Notes: generated by a model not told the origin, from the sequence alone. Counted from the first letter of the stretch, positions 27,076-37,492 are shown. The stretch is 64,000 bases of DNA from Calditrichia bacterium (GCA_965227145.1 OZ245730.1:2467374-2531373); one strand, 5' to 3'. A program made the numbers and translations.

Positions 27076-29924
27076 TAGTTATCTGCGACCTCCCCGACGT
27101 TTTCACCCATTTTTTTCAGTATCGCTTTGAGCACCGCATTGTGAAACGCCCGACGAACCGGATAAACGCCGCCACGTTCCCGGGTGGGATAAACGCGGTT
27201 GGTCAGCAAAATCATGGCAATTTTTCGATTCGGATCGACGACAAACGTGGTTCCGGTAAACCCGGAATGTCCGAAGCTGCCTTCGGAAAGCAGATCGCCA
27301 TACATCGATTTTCCTTTGGATGGCGTATCCCAGCCGATTGCGCGGGTGCTGCCTTCGGGTATATTTTGCGGGGTTGTCCAGTATTTTACTGTCGATGGCG
27401 ACATGTATCGTTTGTGGGCGTAAACGCCGCCGTTGATCAGCATTTGACCGATGACCGCCAAATCTTCCGCCGTGGAAAACAATCCGGCATGCGACGAAAC
27501 GCCGTTCAGGAAAAAGGTGTTTTCGTCGTGAACATCGCCGTGAATCAATCCGCGATCCATACTCCCGCCGATTTCGGTCGGCGCAATTCGCGGCAGCAAA
27601 TCGCGGGACGGATTATACATAGTGTTTTTCAAACCGAGCGGTTGGTAAATCAAATCTGCGGAAAGTTCGTCCATTTCTTTCCCGGTGATCGTCCGGAGAA
27701 TTTCACCGGCCATAATCAATCCGAGATCGGAGTAAATCACCGAATCGCCGGGTGTAAAATCGAGCGGCAGTTGATAAATGTAATCCAGCGCTTCGGGTTT
27801 ATTTTTGGCAACCTGCCACAGCGGTGACCACCAATGCGCGCCGGAAGAGTGGGTGAGCAGGTTTCGCACAGTTACGGAATCTTTCAATCCGCCGGTAAAT
27901 TTCGGTAGATAGCTGTGAACCGGAATGTCCAGCTCCAGCCGGCTTTGTTCCCACAGCCGCATCGCGGAAATGGTAGTGGAAACCACTTTGGTTACCGATG
28001 CGAGATCGTATATCGTTTCGGCAGTGACAGCCGGGGAATTGGCATCGTAGGTTTGGCGCCCGAAACTTTTGCTGGCCAACAGTTTTCCGTCGTGAACGAT
28101 GGCAACCTGCGCGCCGGGGAAAACCGAATCTGCAATAGCTTCTTTGAGCACATCGTAAGCTTCGGTGAACAGTTCGTCATCGATAGCACGTTCGATTTGC
28201 ATCGGTCGGGCATCGCGTTGCAGCCCGTCGCCGATCGCATAAAATTCCGGGATGGAAACCGGTAATTTCCCACGAACCGGAATTTCCCCGAACACTGCTT
28301 TTACCGCGGCGTTGACAGCGGTTCCGCCCGTGCCGTACGCACACAGATAACTCGGCGTGTTTGGCATTTTACGAATTTCGTATGGCGAACCGAATGAAAC
28401 CACCGCCATCGGCGTTTCGGTTTCGAACAGTTGATCGAGCAGCATTACCACCGTATCCGGCAGCGAAACGGAGCCTTTGTAGCTGCCCCAGGTCACAAAC
28501 ACACCGGCGACGATGGCATCCACTGAATCGGCCATCGCGACAATTTCCTGCGCTTCGGCAACGGTGGTTCGCGGATCGATCATCGCGATCATCGCTCCGG
28601 GAATCCGGCGTGAAACTTCGCGATTGAGCGCCGCATCGTAACTGCTGTTTTTACGATCGGTGATGGTGAGAACCATCGCTTTTTTGATATTTTCCGCAGC
28701 CAGCGGCAGCACGTTTTTTTCGTCGCGGAGCAGCGTCATTGCGGCTTCGGCGATTTCTGCAGCTTTTTGGCTGTGGGCATTTGTGGCGACAACCTGTTCA
28801 ATTTTCTCGAAATCGATCTTCGGTTTCTGATACAATCCCTGATCAAATTTTGCCTGCAAAATCCGGCGAACCGATGTGTCGATCCGTTCCGCCGGAATCC
28901 GCCCATCTTTGGCAGCTTGCACCACAAAACGATACGTCGATTCAAATTGCGGTGGGATCAAAACCATGTCGATACCGGCATTGATGGCGCGGACAGCCGC
29001 ATCGCCGCCCCAATAATTATTGGTGATGCCGCGCATGTCCATCGCATCGGTGACTGCCAGCCCCTCAAAACCGAGCTGGTTGCGAAGCACTTCGGTGGTA
29101 AAATACGGATCGATCGATGCCGGGCGACCTTCCATTTGCGGAAACGCGCTGTAGGTAATGTGCGAAACCATGACCATTTTTACACCCGCGGCAATCGCTG
29201 CGCGAAACGGTGCAAGTTCTGTATTTTCAATACGTTCGGCAGATGCGCCGATGACCGGCAATCCCAAATGGGAATCCACATCTGTATCACCGTGACCGGG
29301 AAAATGTTTGGCTGTGGCATAAACGCCGCCATCCTGCAATCCGCGAATAAACGCACTGCCCAGTTTTCCGACCATCTCGGGATTTTCGCCAAACGAACGT
29401 GTGTTAATTATAATGTTATCGGGATTGTTGTTGACATCCAACGCCGGAGCATAACCGGCCTGAACCCCAAAAACGCGGGCTTCTTCGGCGGTAATTTTGC
29501 CCATTTGATAAGCGTATTCTTCCGAACCGGTCGCGCCGACAGCCATATTTTGCAGAAAATCCGTGCCTTCGTTGATGCGCATGGTGATGCCCCATTCGAT
29601 ATCCGCCATCATCATCAGGGGAATTTTGGCTTCGTCCTGCAACCGCTGGATATCGCGGGCAACAGCGTACGGATTGGCGCGATAAAACATGGCGCCGCCG
29701 ATGTGATAATCCTTCACCAGCCGAATCATGTGCTGAAAATCCGGGTCGTCTTCATTATAAAATCGAAAAACAAAGGCCGGAGCCATCATTTGCCCGATTT
29801 TCTCCTCCAGCGACATTTGGGATATTGTTGCGCTGACCCAATCTTTGGGTGGTGTTTCGGTCCGTGTGCCTGCGCACTGCCACAAAAAGCAGGCAAGTAG
29901 AAGCGATACGAGTATTTTTTTCAT
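27075..29924 (-). CDS. GH3 beta-N-acetylglucosaminidase (NagZ-type) fused to a serine-hydrolase/beta-lactamase-like (AmiE-like) domain; lipoprotein
   Basis: Lipobox LWQC after MKKIL (29924); KHFPGHG with DSH dyad; TDAM nucleophile; SxxK (ASVTK), YSD and GHSGFTG motifs. Confidence 0.9.
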   Translation of the reverse strand: MKKILVSLLLACFLWQCAGTRTETPPKDWVSATISQMSLEEKIGQMMAPAFVFRFYNEDDPDFQHMIRLVKDYHIGGAMFYRANPYAVARDIQRLQDEAKIPLMMMADIEWGITMRINEGTDFLQNMAVGATGSEEYAYQMGKITAEEARVFGVQAGYAPALDVNNNPDNIIINTRSFGENPEMVGKLGSAFIRGLQDGGVYATAKHFPGHGDTDVDSHLGLPVIGASAERIENTELAPFRAAIAAGVKMVMVSHITYSAFPQMEGRPASIDPYFTTEVLRNQLGFEGLAVTDAMDMRGITNNYWGGDAAVRAINAGIDMVLIPPQFESTYRFVVQAAKDGRIPAERIDTSVRRILQAKFDQGLYQKPKIDFEKIEQVVATNAHSQKAAEIAEAAMTLLRDEKNVLPLAAENIKKAMVLTITDRKNSSYDAALNREVSRRIPGAMIAMIDPRTTVAEAQEIVAMADSVDAIVAGVFVTWGSYKGSVSLPDTVVMLLDQLFETETPMAVVSFGSPYEIRKMPNTPSYLCAYGTGGTAVNAAVKAVFGEIPVRGKLPVSIPEFYAIGDGLQRDARPMQIERAIDDELFTEAYDVLKEAIADSVFPGAQVAIVHDGKLLASKSFGRQTYDANSPAVTAETIYDLASVTKVVSTTISAMRLWEQSRLELDIPVHSYLPKFTGGLKDSVTVRNLLTHSSGAHWWSPLWQVAKNKPEALDYIYQLPLDFTPGDSVIYSDLGLIMAGEILRTITGKEMDELSADLIYQPLGLKNTMYNPSRDLLPRIAPTEIGGSMDRGLIHGDVHDENTFFLNGVSSHAGLFSTAEDLAVIGQMLINGGVYAHKRYMSPSTVKYWTTPQNIPEGSTRAIGWDTPSKGKSMYGDLLSEGSFGHSGFTGTTFVVDPNRKIAMILLTNRVYPTRERGGVYPVRRAFHNAVLKAILKKMGENVGEVADN

Positions 29925-30240
29925 GATATGCCTATGGTTTGCTGAGCGGTAAAATTGTGAAGTCACAAAAAAAATGACCAATGCGGCTGTCGCGAATGTC
30001 TGTGTTTTGCTGACTAAGTTAACACAGTTGGTCAACATTATCAATCATTTACGGTGTAAATATTCCAACTCGAAGTAGAAATTGGCGGATTTTCTGTATC
30101 CGACCGGTTCATATATTCTCTTAAAGTTTAATTTTAAAAATATTTTTTATCTACATTTTTTTTAACTGGAAAACATACTATATTAACTGTATATTATGAT
30201 CAAATAGCAGATGTTGAATAAAAATAGTATCGGTTGCGTT

Positions 30241-31113
30241 ATGATGAAGCCTGTTAATGTAAAACTGACGAATTCTCCGCTCTCCTCATTCAAGTTCAAA
30301 AAGATCCATTTACCCGAGTTTGATTTCAACTGGCACTGCCATCCCGAGTACGAACTGATTTTTATGGTGAACAGTAAAGGCAAGCGCTTTATCGGCGACA
30401 GTATTGCCTATTACGAAACCGGCGATCTGTTCTTTCTCGGACCGAATTTGCCCCACACCTGGTACACCAATTCCGTAAAAAATCAACTTGGACATCACGA
30501 TGCCATCCAGATTCAATTTATGGAAAACGTTGCCGGATTGAACATTCGGGAAGCACCGGAATTTTTGACAGTATCCCAAATTTGCGGATTCGCCAGTCGC
30601 GGTTTGCAAATTGAGGGCGAAACCCGCGCCCAAATCGCTGAAATTATGATACGGATGGAAAGCGAAAAAGGGTTGGAACGGCTGATAAGCCTGATGGAAA
30701 TCCTCAACACGCTCGAAAAAGCGGACACAGAAAAAATGTCATTTTTGTCCAGCGTGGAGCTGGCACAGGAATTCCAGCCGGAGCTACAAAGCCGGATAGA
30801 CAAGGTTTGCACCTACATCAACCAAAATTACAAACAACGCCTCAATCTTGAGCAAGCTGCCAAAATTGCCAATATGAGCGTTACTGCTTTCAGCCGGTTT
30901 TTCAAAAAATCGACCGGAAAAACGTTCGTCCAATACGTAAACGAATTGCGAATTGGCCGAGCCTGCAAGCTGCTCATCGAGAGCCAGCTGTCGATTGCCG
31001 AAATTTGTTACGAGGTTGGGTTCAACAATTTGTCCAATTTCAACCGCCGGTTTTTCGAACGCCATAAAATGAGTCCACGCCAGTACCGGCAGGAATTCAC
31101 CAAAAAATTTTAG
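30241..31113 (+). CDS. AraC-family transcriptional regulator (cupin + HTH)
   Basis: WHCHPEYEL cupin; A..ANMS..AFSRFFKK; GFNNLSNFNR.F....MSP.QYR. Alternative start at 30211. Confidence 0.92.
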   Translation: MMKPVNVKLTNSPLSSFKFKKIHLPEFDFNWHCHPEYELIFMVNSKGKRFIGDSIAYYETGDLFFLGPNLPHTWYTNSVKNQLGHHDAIQIQFMENVAGLNIREAPEFLTVSQICGFASRGLQIEGETRAQIAEIMIRMESEKGLERLISLMEILNTLEKADTEKMSFLSSVELAQEFQPELQSRIDKVCTYINQNYKQRLNLEQAAKIANMSVTAFSRFFKKSTGKTFVQYVNELRIGRACKLLIESQLSIAEICYEVGFNNLSNFNRRFFERHKMSPRQYRQEFTKKF

Positions 31114-31260
31114 TCCGGTCGCCGGTTATTAACAACCGGCGATCTATTTTCGGAAAAAGAAATGCCCGGATAATACTGGCAGCAGAATTCCGGGTTCGCT
31201 ATTTTTTTTCTTTTTGATCGGATCACACGGTTAGGAAATTTTTCTGGAAAGCGGTTGAAT

Positions 31261-32361
31261 ATGAAAGAACGACTCGTTTCATTGGACGCATTTCGCGGCA
31301 TTACGATTGCCGGAATGATTTTGGTGAACAATCCCGGAAGTTGGAGCCACATTTACCCGCCACTGGGGCACGCAGCCTGGCACGGCTGGACACCGACAGA
31401 TTTTATTTTCCCATTTTTCCTGTTTATTGTTGGTGTGGCAATGGCATTTTCTTTTCCCGGACAAATTGAAAAACTTACCACACAGCAAATTTATCTGAAA
31501 ATTTTGCGCAGAACGTTAACCCTTTTCGGGCTCGGATTGCTGCTGACGCTGTTCCCGTTTTTCAATTTTGCAGAAATGCGGATTCCCGGCGTGTTGCAGC
31601 GAATTGCTGTTTGCTACGCCATTACATCGATTATTTATCTCAACAGCAATTTGCGTCAGCAAATCGGCATCACCGGAATATTGCTGTTGGCGTATTGGGC
31701 AATCATGAAATTGATACCGGTTCCCGGCTACGGCGCCGGCGATCTGAGCGTTGAAGGCAACCTCGCCGCATACATCGATTTCAGTTTGCTGAAAGGGCAT
31801 ATGTGGAAGGAAACATGGGACCCGGAAGGTATCCTGAGCACAATTCCGGCAATCGCGACCACGCTTACCGGCGTTTTGGCCGGTCACTGGCTGCGTTCCG
31901 GCAAACCCCGCGAAGAAATTGCCGGCTGGATGTTTGTCGCCGGATGGCTGGCGATTGTGGCAGGATTATTTTGGGGCATCGCTTTCCCGATCAATAAATC
32001 GCTGTGGACAAGCTCGTATGTGGTGTTCACCAGCGGTTGCGCGCTGCAATTTCTGGGATTTTGCTATTGGCTGATCGATGTAAAAGGCATCCAGAAATGG
32101 GCGAAACCTGCCATCATTTACGGCATGAATGCGATTGCCGTTTTTGTGTTATCCGGTTTGCTGGCGCGCGTGTTCATTTTTACAAAAATCAGCGGACCCG
32201 ACGGGCAATCCATCTCGTTAAAACAATGGATTTACGACACGCTGTTCACCAGTTGGCTAAGCCCGCTAAATGCATCGCTTGGCTACGCGATTTTAAATGT
32301 GGTATTCTGGCTGGCGATGATGACAATTCTTTATCGGAAACGTATTTTTATCAAAATTTGA
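31261..32361 (+). CDS. HGSNAT-like / DUF5009 (NagX-like) membrane acyltransferase
   Basis: RLVSLDAFRG, D..FP.FLFIVG, IPGVLQRIA, DPEG.LS.IP, PINKSLWTSSY, YG.NAI motifs. Confidence 0.88.
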   Translation: MKERLVSLDAFRGITIAGMILVNNPGSWSHIYPPLGHAAWHGWTPTDFIFPFFLFIVGVAMAFSFPGQIEKLTTQQIYLKILRRTLTLFGLGLLLTLFPFFNFAEMRIPGVLQRIAVCYAITSIIYLNSNLRQQIGITGILLLAYWAIMKLIPVPGYGAGDLSVEGNLAAYIDFSLLKGHMWKETWDPEGILSTIPAIATTLTGVLAGHWLRSGKPREEIAGWMFVAGWLAIVAGLFWGIAFPINKSLWTSSYVVFTSGCALQFLGFCYWLIDVKGIQKWAKPAIIYGMNAIAVFVLSGLLARVFIFTKISGPDGQSISLKQWIYDTLFTSWLSPLNASLGYAILNVVFWLAMMTILYRKRIFIKI

Positions 32362-32407
32362 GTTCAAAACAACGAAATATTCGTACAAAAATTCCCGGAG
32401 TCTTATA

Positions 32408-33385
32408 ATGCGATATGTTTGGATGTGTTTGTTTTTATTTGGTTTAACGATAAATCTTTCTGCACAGTGGCAATCGGCCGGCGAGCCGGTAAAAGTTGCC
32501 GGAAGTGCAGCGGAAGAATTCACAAATCCGGTGTGGTCGCCAACGGACGGGCAATTGATTGCACTCACCAAACCGGATTACCGCGGCATCTGGCTACTGG
32601 ATTTAGCTGATGGCAGCATTCGCCAAATCAGCGACGAAACCGGCGCCGGATTCGGATTCAGTTGGTCGCATAACGGTGCGGCAATTGTCACCCGCGTTGC
32701 CAAATATGAAGGGCGAATTCCCTTTAACGAAATTCTGGTGTACGACGTGGCAACCGGCGATTACCGGAATTTGACGACCACAAAAACCCGTTTTCGCGAT
32801 GTGCCGCGCTGGAGCAGCGATGACGCGCTGGTTTACGCGTTTGCCAAAAAAGATGTGGTTCAATACGAAACCGGATTTGTTGCCGCCAAAGATTCTGTCA
32901 AAAAAAGTAATGCGCTGGTTTACAATAAAAATGGCAAAATCGCTATCAAAAATAACAGCGAAAACGGCGAAGCGATCGCCAAGGTTTACGATCCCGCAAA
33001 AGGCGCGCGATACATTAATATAGCGGTTTCACCGGACGGTCAGAAAATCGCATTTGAAGTGATGGGCGGCAATCTGCACACGATGAATGTGGATGGCAGC
33101 GAACTGGTGGATTTGGGCGAAGGCTATCGCCCGGCGTGGTCGCCGGATGGCAAATATCTGGCATACATGATCACCGAAGATGACGGTCATCGCTTTACAG
33201 CGTCGGATATTTACATTGTTCCGGCAACCGGCGGAACTGCGGTGAACATCACCAAATCCAACGATCGTATCGAGTTAAACCCATCGTGGTCGCCGGAAGG
33301 TGATCAAATCGCTTTCGACGATTATAACTCCGGCGAAGTTTATATTCTGGCGATTCAGCCGGCCGCCGTTCAGGAAGAAAATTAG
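32408..33385 (+). CDS. TolB-like PD40 beta-propeller protein, exported
   Basis: Signal peptide; repeated P.WSPDG / SWSPEG / SPDGQKIAF motifs. Confidence 0.82.
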   Translation: MRYVWMCLFLFGLTINLSAQWQSAGEPVKVAGSAAEEFTNPVWSPTDGQLIALTKPDYRGIWLLDLADGSIRQISDETGAGFGFSWSHNGAAIVTRVAKYEGRIPFNEILVYDVATGDYRNLTTTKTRFRDVPRWSSDDALVYAFAKKDVVQYETGFVAAKDSVKKSNALVYNKNGKIAIKNNSENGEAIAKVYDPAKGARYINIAVSPDGQKIAFEVMGGNLHTMNVDGSELVDLGEGYRPAWSPDGKYLAYMITEDDGHRFTASDIYIVPATGGTAVNITKSNDRIELNPSWSPEGDQIAFDDYNSGEVYILAIQPAAVQEEN

Positions 33386-33429
33386 TGGTGTAAATTATCG
33401 AGAAAAGATGTAAAACAGGAAATTTAATC

Positions 33430-35946
33430 ATGCGTATATCAAATATAATTATCACCTTAGCGGCGATATTTTCTTTACAGGCAACTGCCCAGGTTACCGG
33501 TTTGTCCGGTTGGGATATTTACCTCGATCCGGGGCATAGCCGTACGGAAAACATGGGTATTTACAATTATTCGGAAGCCGAAAAAAACCTGCGCGTTTCG
33601 TTGCACACACTGGAATTGCTGCTGACAACTACCGATATCGACACGGTTTGGAGCAGTCGCTACGACGACAATGTTCAGGTTTCGCTCAGCCAGCGAACAG
33701 ACGAAGCCAACAGTTTGGGTGCGGCGTGGTATCATTCCATCCACAGCAACGCCGGTTCAGCGACGGCAAATAACACCTTGCTGTTGTGGGGGCAATATCA
33801 AAATGGGCTGGAAAAAGTGCCCAACGGCGGCAAAGACATGAGCCGGGACATGATTCCGTTGCTCACCGCTGCAATGCGTATTCCCACCATTGGCGATTAC
33901 GGCGATTGCAGCTTCTACGGCTGCACGTTTACCGGACCTTATTTGCATGTCAATCGCACCACTTTTATGCCGTCCGAGCTCAGTGAATCCGGATTTCACA
34001 CCAGTCCAACCCAAAATACCCGAAATATGAACGCCGAATGGAAACGGATGGAAGCGTATGCTTTCTACTGGTCGATTTTGAAATATCACGGGCTTGATCG
34101 CCCGACCGTCGGCATTTCTGCGGGGTATATTAATGATATCGAACGGGGGATTCCGCTAAACGGCGCGACTGTTGAACTTGCCGGTCAAACTTACACAACG
34201 GACACTTATCAATCGCTGTTTTACAAATACACCAGCGATCCCGATTTGCTGCACAACGGTTTCTACTTTTTCGAAAATGTAACGCCTGGACCGCACCAAA
34301 TGATCGTTTCTGCGGAAGGTTTTGAGCCGGATACACTTACTGTCACGGTTTCGGATACGTTTATTACGTTTACAGATGTGAACCTGATCGACGCCCGCCC
34401 GCCGCTGATTTTAGAAACCATTCCCGCACAAAACGCCACGGAAATCAGCGTTTTTGACAATATTTCCATTAAATTTAGTCGCCGAATGAGCGCCGGTTCT
34501 GTTCAAAACGCACTCTCTTTTGAGCCGCCGCTAACCTACACAACGCAGTGGCAAAACAGCAATCGCAAGTTGGTTCTCAATCCGTCGGACATGCTGCAGG
34601 GCGTGCAATACACAATGACTATCGACTCGACCGCCCGCGATATTTTCAATCACGAATTGGATGGCAACGGCGATGGCATCGGCGGCGATGCGTTTACCCT
34701 CACATTCACCACCGAGGAAGAAGATTTGCTGCCGCCGCAGGTGAACGGTGCGTTTCCGCCCCAAAACGCGGTTAATGTCATTTTGCAGCCCATTATCAAT
34801 CTCGAATTTGATGAAATTATCGATCCTGCGACCATTCAATCCACCAGCGTCGGGCTGAAAAACAGCGTTACCGGCGATCCGGTTCCGGGTTCGTTGCTCG
34901 AATTTCAGGTCAGCGATCGCACCGTTTTCAGCTTTTTCCCGAACGATGCGCTGGAACCGTTAACCCAATATTCCGCAACCGTTCAGCCCGGATTGAAAGA
35001 TTTGTTCGGCAACGAAATCGATACGGAACAACAGTTTAGCTTTACTACTGGAAACGTTGGATATCAGGTAATTACGATCGATCCGTTCCAAAATGACATT
35101 TTGACCAACTGGTGGGACCCGCAGCAAAGCGGCACCACAACCGGTATTTTGACCAACGAAACATCGCGCGGAAACAACAGCATTTATTACAATTTGCTCA
35201 GTGGCAGCAACCGTTCCATGCGGCTGTCGTATGGCTGGGATGTCAGCGCTGGCAACTGGCTGATTCGCGAATATCTCGGCGGTGGAACGCCCCGCGGTAT
35301 ACTTTTTGACGATACCTACATTTTGCAGGTTTACATTTTTGGCGACGGTAGCGACACCAAATTCCGCTTTGCGATAGACGATAACGCCCCGAACGGCAGC
35401 GCAACTGATCACGAAGTGACCGAATGGATGCCCATCGACTGGATCGGCTGGCGGCTCGTTTCGTGGGATTTGGCCAATGACCCGATCGGGACATGGCTTG
35501 GCAACGGCGTGCTGAACGGCGATCTGCGCTTCGACAGCTTCCAGATTTCGTATGACAACACAACCGGCAGCGCGGTTACCGGCGCGATATATTTTGACGA
35601 CCTGCGATTGGTGAAACCGGTTGTCGTGGGCATCGACGATGGGGGAGTGGCGCAAAACATCCCGACCGAACACGAATTGCTGCAAAATTATCCGAACCCG
35701 TTCAACCCGACGACCGAAATCCGGTATGCGGTTGCCAACAGCAACAGTCCGGTAAAACTAACGATTTATGACATGCTTGGTCGCGAAGTGCGAACGCTGG
35801 TCAACACCAGTCAAACACCCGGAAACTACACTGCGACCTGGGACGGTCGCTCGCAAAACGGAAACCAGGTTGCCAGCGGCACGTATTTATACACGCTCAG
35901 CATCGGCGATTTTCGGCAAACGCGGAAAATGTTGCTGCTAAAATAA
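33430..35946 (+). CDS. Secreted N-acetylmuramoyl-L-alanine amidase (Amidase_3) with Ig-like, carbohydrate-binding-like and T9SS/FlgD-type C-terminal domains
   Basis: LDPGH, E..N, SIHSNA and ELSESGF Zn-amidase motifs; two Big_5-like repeats; IYFDDLRL jelly-roll domain; LQNYPNPFNPTT...KMLLLK CTD. Confidence 0.88.
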   Translation: MRISNIIITLAAIFSLQATAQVTGLSGWDIYLDPGHSRTENMGIYNYSEAEKNLRVSLHTLELLLTTTDIDTVWSSRYDDNVQVSLSQRTDEANSLGAAWYHSIHSNAGSATANNTLLLWGQYQNGLEKVPNGGKDMSRDMIPLLTAAMRIPTIGDYGDCSFYGCTFTGPYLHVNRTTFMPSELSESGFHTSPTQNTRNMNAEWKRMEAYAFYWSILKYHGLDRPTVGISAGYINDIERGIPLNGATVELAGQTYTTDTYQSLFYKYTSDPDLLHNGFYFFENVTPGPHQMIVSAEGFEPDTLTVTVSDTFITFTDVNLIDARPPLILETIPAQNATEISVFDNISIKFSRRMSAGSVQNALSFEPPLTYTTQWQNSNRKLVLNPSDMLQGVQYTMTIDSTARDIFNHELDGNGDGIGGDAFTLTFTTEEEDLLPPQVNGAFPPQNAVNVILQPIINLEFDEIIDPATIQSTSVGLKNSVTGDPVPGSLLEFQVSDRTVFSFFPNDALEPLTQYSATVQPGLKDLFGNEIDTEQQFSFTTGNVGYQVITIDPFQNDILTNWWDPQQSGTTTGILTNETSRGNNSIYYNLLSGSNRSMRLSYGWDVSAGNWLIREYLGGGTPRGILFDDTYILQVYIFGDGSDTKFRFAIDDNAPNGSATDHEVTEWMPIDWIGWRLVSWDLANDPIGTWLGNGVLNGDLRFDSFQISYDNTTGSAVTGAIYFDDLRLVKPVVVGIDDGGVAQNIPTEHELLQNYPNPFNPTTEIRYAVANSNSPVKLTIYDMLGREVRTLVNTSQTPGNYTATWDGRSQNGNQVASGTYLYTLSIGDFRQTRKMLLLK

Positions 35947-36358
35947 TCCGGGTTTATTGACTGATTTTATTCAACTTACGATACTGCGGAAAGCGGGCGG
36001 ATGACCTGTCCGCTCCGCTGATTTGCGATGAACGCAACCGTTAAGCAGCACTTTACACCGGACAAATATTCCCATCTGCGAACATTTTCCCATTTCGATT
36101 ATCCGACCGACAACATCTGCCATTGCTTCATCGTTCCGGTCAAAACAAAGCCATTTGTCAAACTCCCTGTTCGCGCATTCACAAAAATTCCAGAATAATT
36201 TTCCATATTTTATAGAACCTATTTTCCGCTGCAGTGTATGTATTTTCAGTAATTTATAAATGTTGCGGCAATTGGCTCGAATGATTATTCCCTTGCGAAA
36301 ACAGGTTGAATTGGTTAAAATTTGCGATGCTTTTTAATATCAGTATTGTGAGGAAACG

Positions 36359-37492
36359 ATGAACCGGACGGCTGGATTGCCACTGGTGACAATTTTGACG
36401 CTGAATTACAACGGAAAGCGATTTTTAAAGAACCTTTTTGATTCGCTTCGCAGTTGTACCTACCCGAATCTCGAAATTATCATGGCTGATAACGCTTCGA
36501 CAGATGACAGCGTCAATTTTGTGCAATCCGAATATCCGGAGGTGAAAATTCTTCGCAACGCCGAAAATTACATGTTCGCGCGGGGAAATAACGAAGGATT
36601 GAAAATTGCCAATGGAAAATATATTTGTGTAATTAATAATGATGTTGAGGTTGCGCCGGATTTTGTGGAACCGGTGGTTGCCGCGTTCGAGGCGAATCCG
36701 CATTTGGCGGCAGCGCAACCCAAAATTCTGGCAATGCAGCAACGCGATCATCTGGAATATTCCGGCGCCTGCGGCGGATTTATCGATTGGTTTGGCTATC
36801 CGTTTGTCCGGGGACGCCTTTTTCAGGATATCGAAAAAGATAAGGGGCAATACGATCAGCCCTGCGGTTTGTTTTGGGCGAGCGGCGCCTGCATTTTTTT
36901 GCGCAAAACCGCGATCGACACGGTCGGCGTTTTCGACGAAGATTTTATGATGCACATGGAAGAAATCGATTTGTGCTGGCGATTGCGCCTCAACGGATGG
37001 GATATCGGCGCGTTTCCCGCATCCAAAATCTGGCATCATGTCGGTGGTACGTTAAATAAGGATAATCCCCGAAAGATGTATTGGAATTACCGTAACAACT
37101 TGTTTTTATTAATGAAAAACCTGTCACGAAAAAACCTGCTGATCCGCATTCCGATGCGGATGCCGCTCGATTTTCTGGCGCTGGCTGTCGAAACAGCCAA
37201 AGGCCGATTGGGCAATAGCGCCGCCATTTTGCGGGCTTACAAATGGGTTTTTACGCATCTCGGATTAATTTTACGCAAACGCCGGGAAGTCCAGCGCGCC
37301 CGCACCGTTTCGGATGAAACGATTTTTGAGCGCGTTTATTCCGGCAGCATCGTATTCGAATATTTTGTGCTGGGCAAACGCAAATTTTCCGATTTGCGGG
37401 CAGCAGAACCTTTATTGGCTAAAAATCTAAAACCTTTTGAAATCAAATATTCACGCAACATAACCGGAGCAACCTTATCCAATGAACGATAA
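36359..37492 (+). CDS. GT2-family glycosyltransferase (WbbL-like subgroup)
   Basis: LNYNG, DNASTD, N.MFARGNN, NND, SGAC, MEEIDLCWR motifs. Confidence 0.9.
   Translation: MNRTAGLPLVTILTLNYNGKRFLKNLFDSLRSCTYPNLEIIMADNASTDDSVNFVQSEYPEVKILRNAENYMFARGNNEGLKIANGKYICVINNDVEVAPDFVEPVVAAFEANPHLAAAQPKILAMQQRDHLEYSGACGGFIDWFGYPFVRGRLFQDIEKDKGQYDQPCGLFWASGACIFLRKTAIDTVGVFDEDFMMHMEEIDLCWRLRLNGWDIGAFPASKIWHHVGGTLNKDNPRKMYWNYRNNLFLLMKNLSRKNLLIRIPMRMPLDFLALAVETAKGRLGNSAAILRAYKWVFTHLGLILRKRREVQRARTVSDETIFERVYSGSIVFEYFVLGKRKFSDLRAAEPLLAKNLKPFEIKYSRNITGATLSNER

Noticed and set aside
27075-28200. Beta-lactamase domain as an antibiotic-resistance gene
   Set aside because: It is fused to a NagZ-type GH3 within a murein-catabolic operon, which fits an AmiE-like muropeptide hydrolase.
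28767-29900. 377-aa plus-strand ORF (likewise 14578..15168, 19916..20578, 22101..22766, 34960..35685 and many shorter ones)
   Set aside because: They lie antisense to well-supported genes, have no recognisable motifs and have the composition of shadow ORFs.
35971-36123. 50-aa minus-strand ORF (MADVVGRIIEMGK...)
   Set aside because: No recognisable motif or convincing RBS, and it overlaps the post-amidase hairpin.
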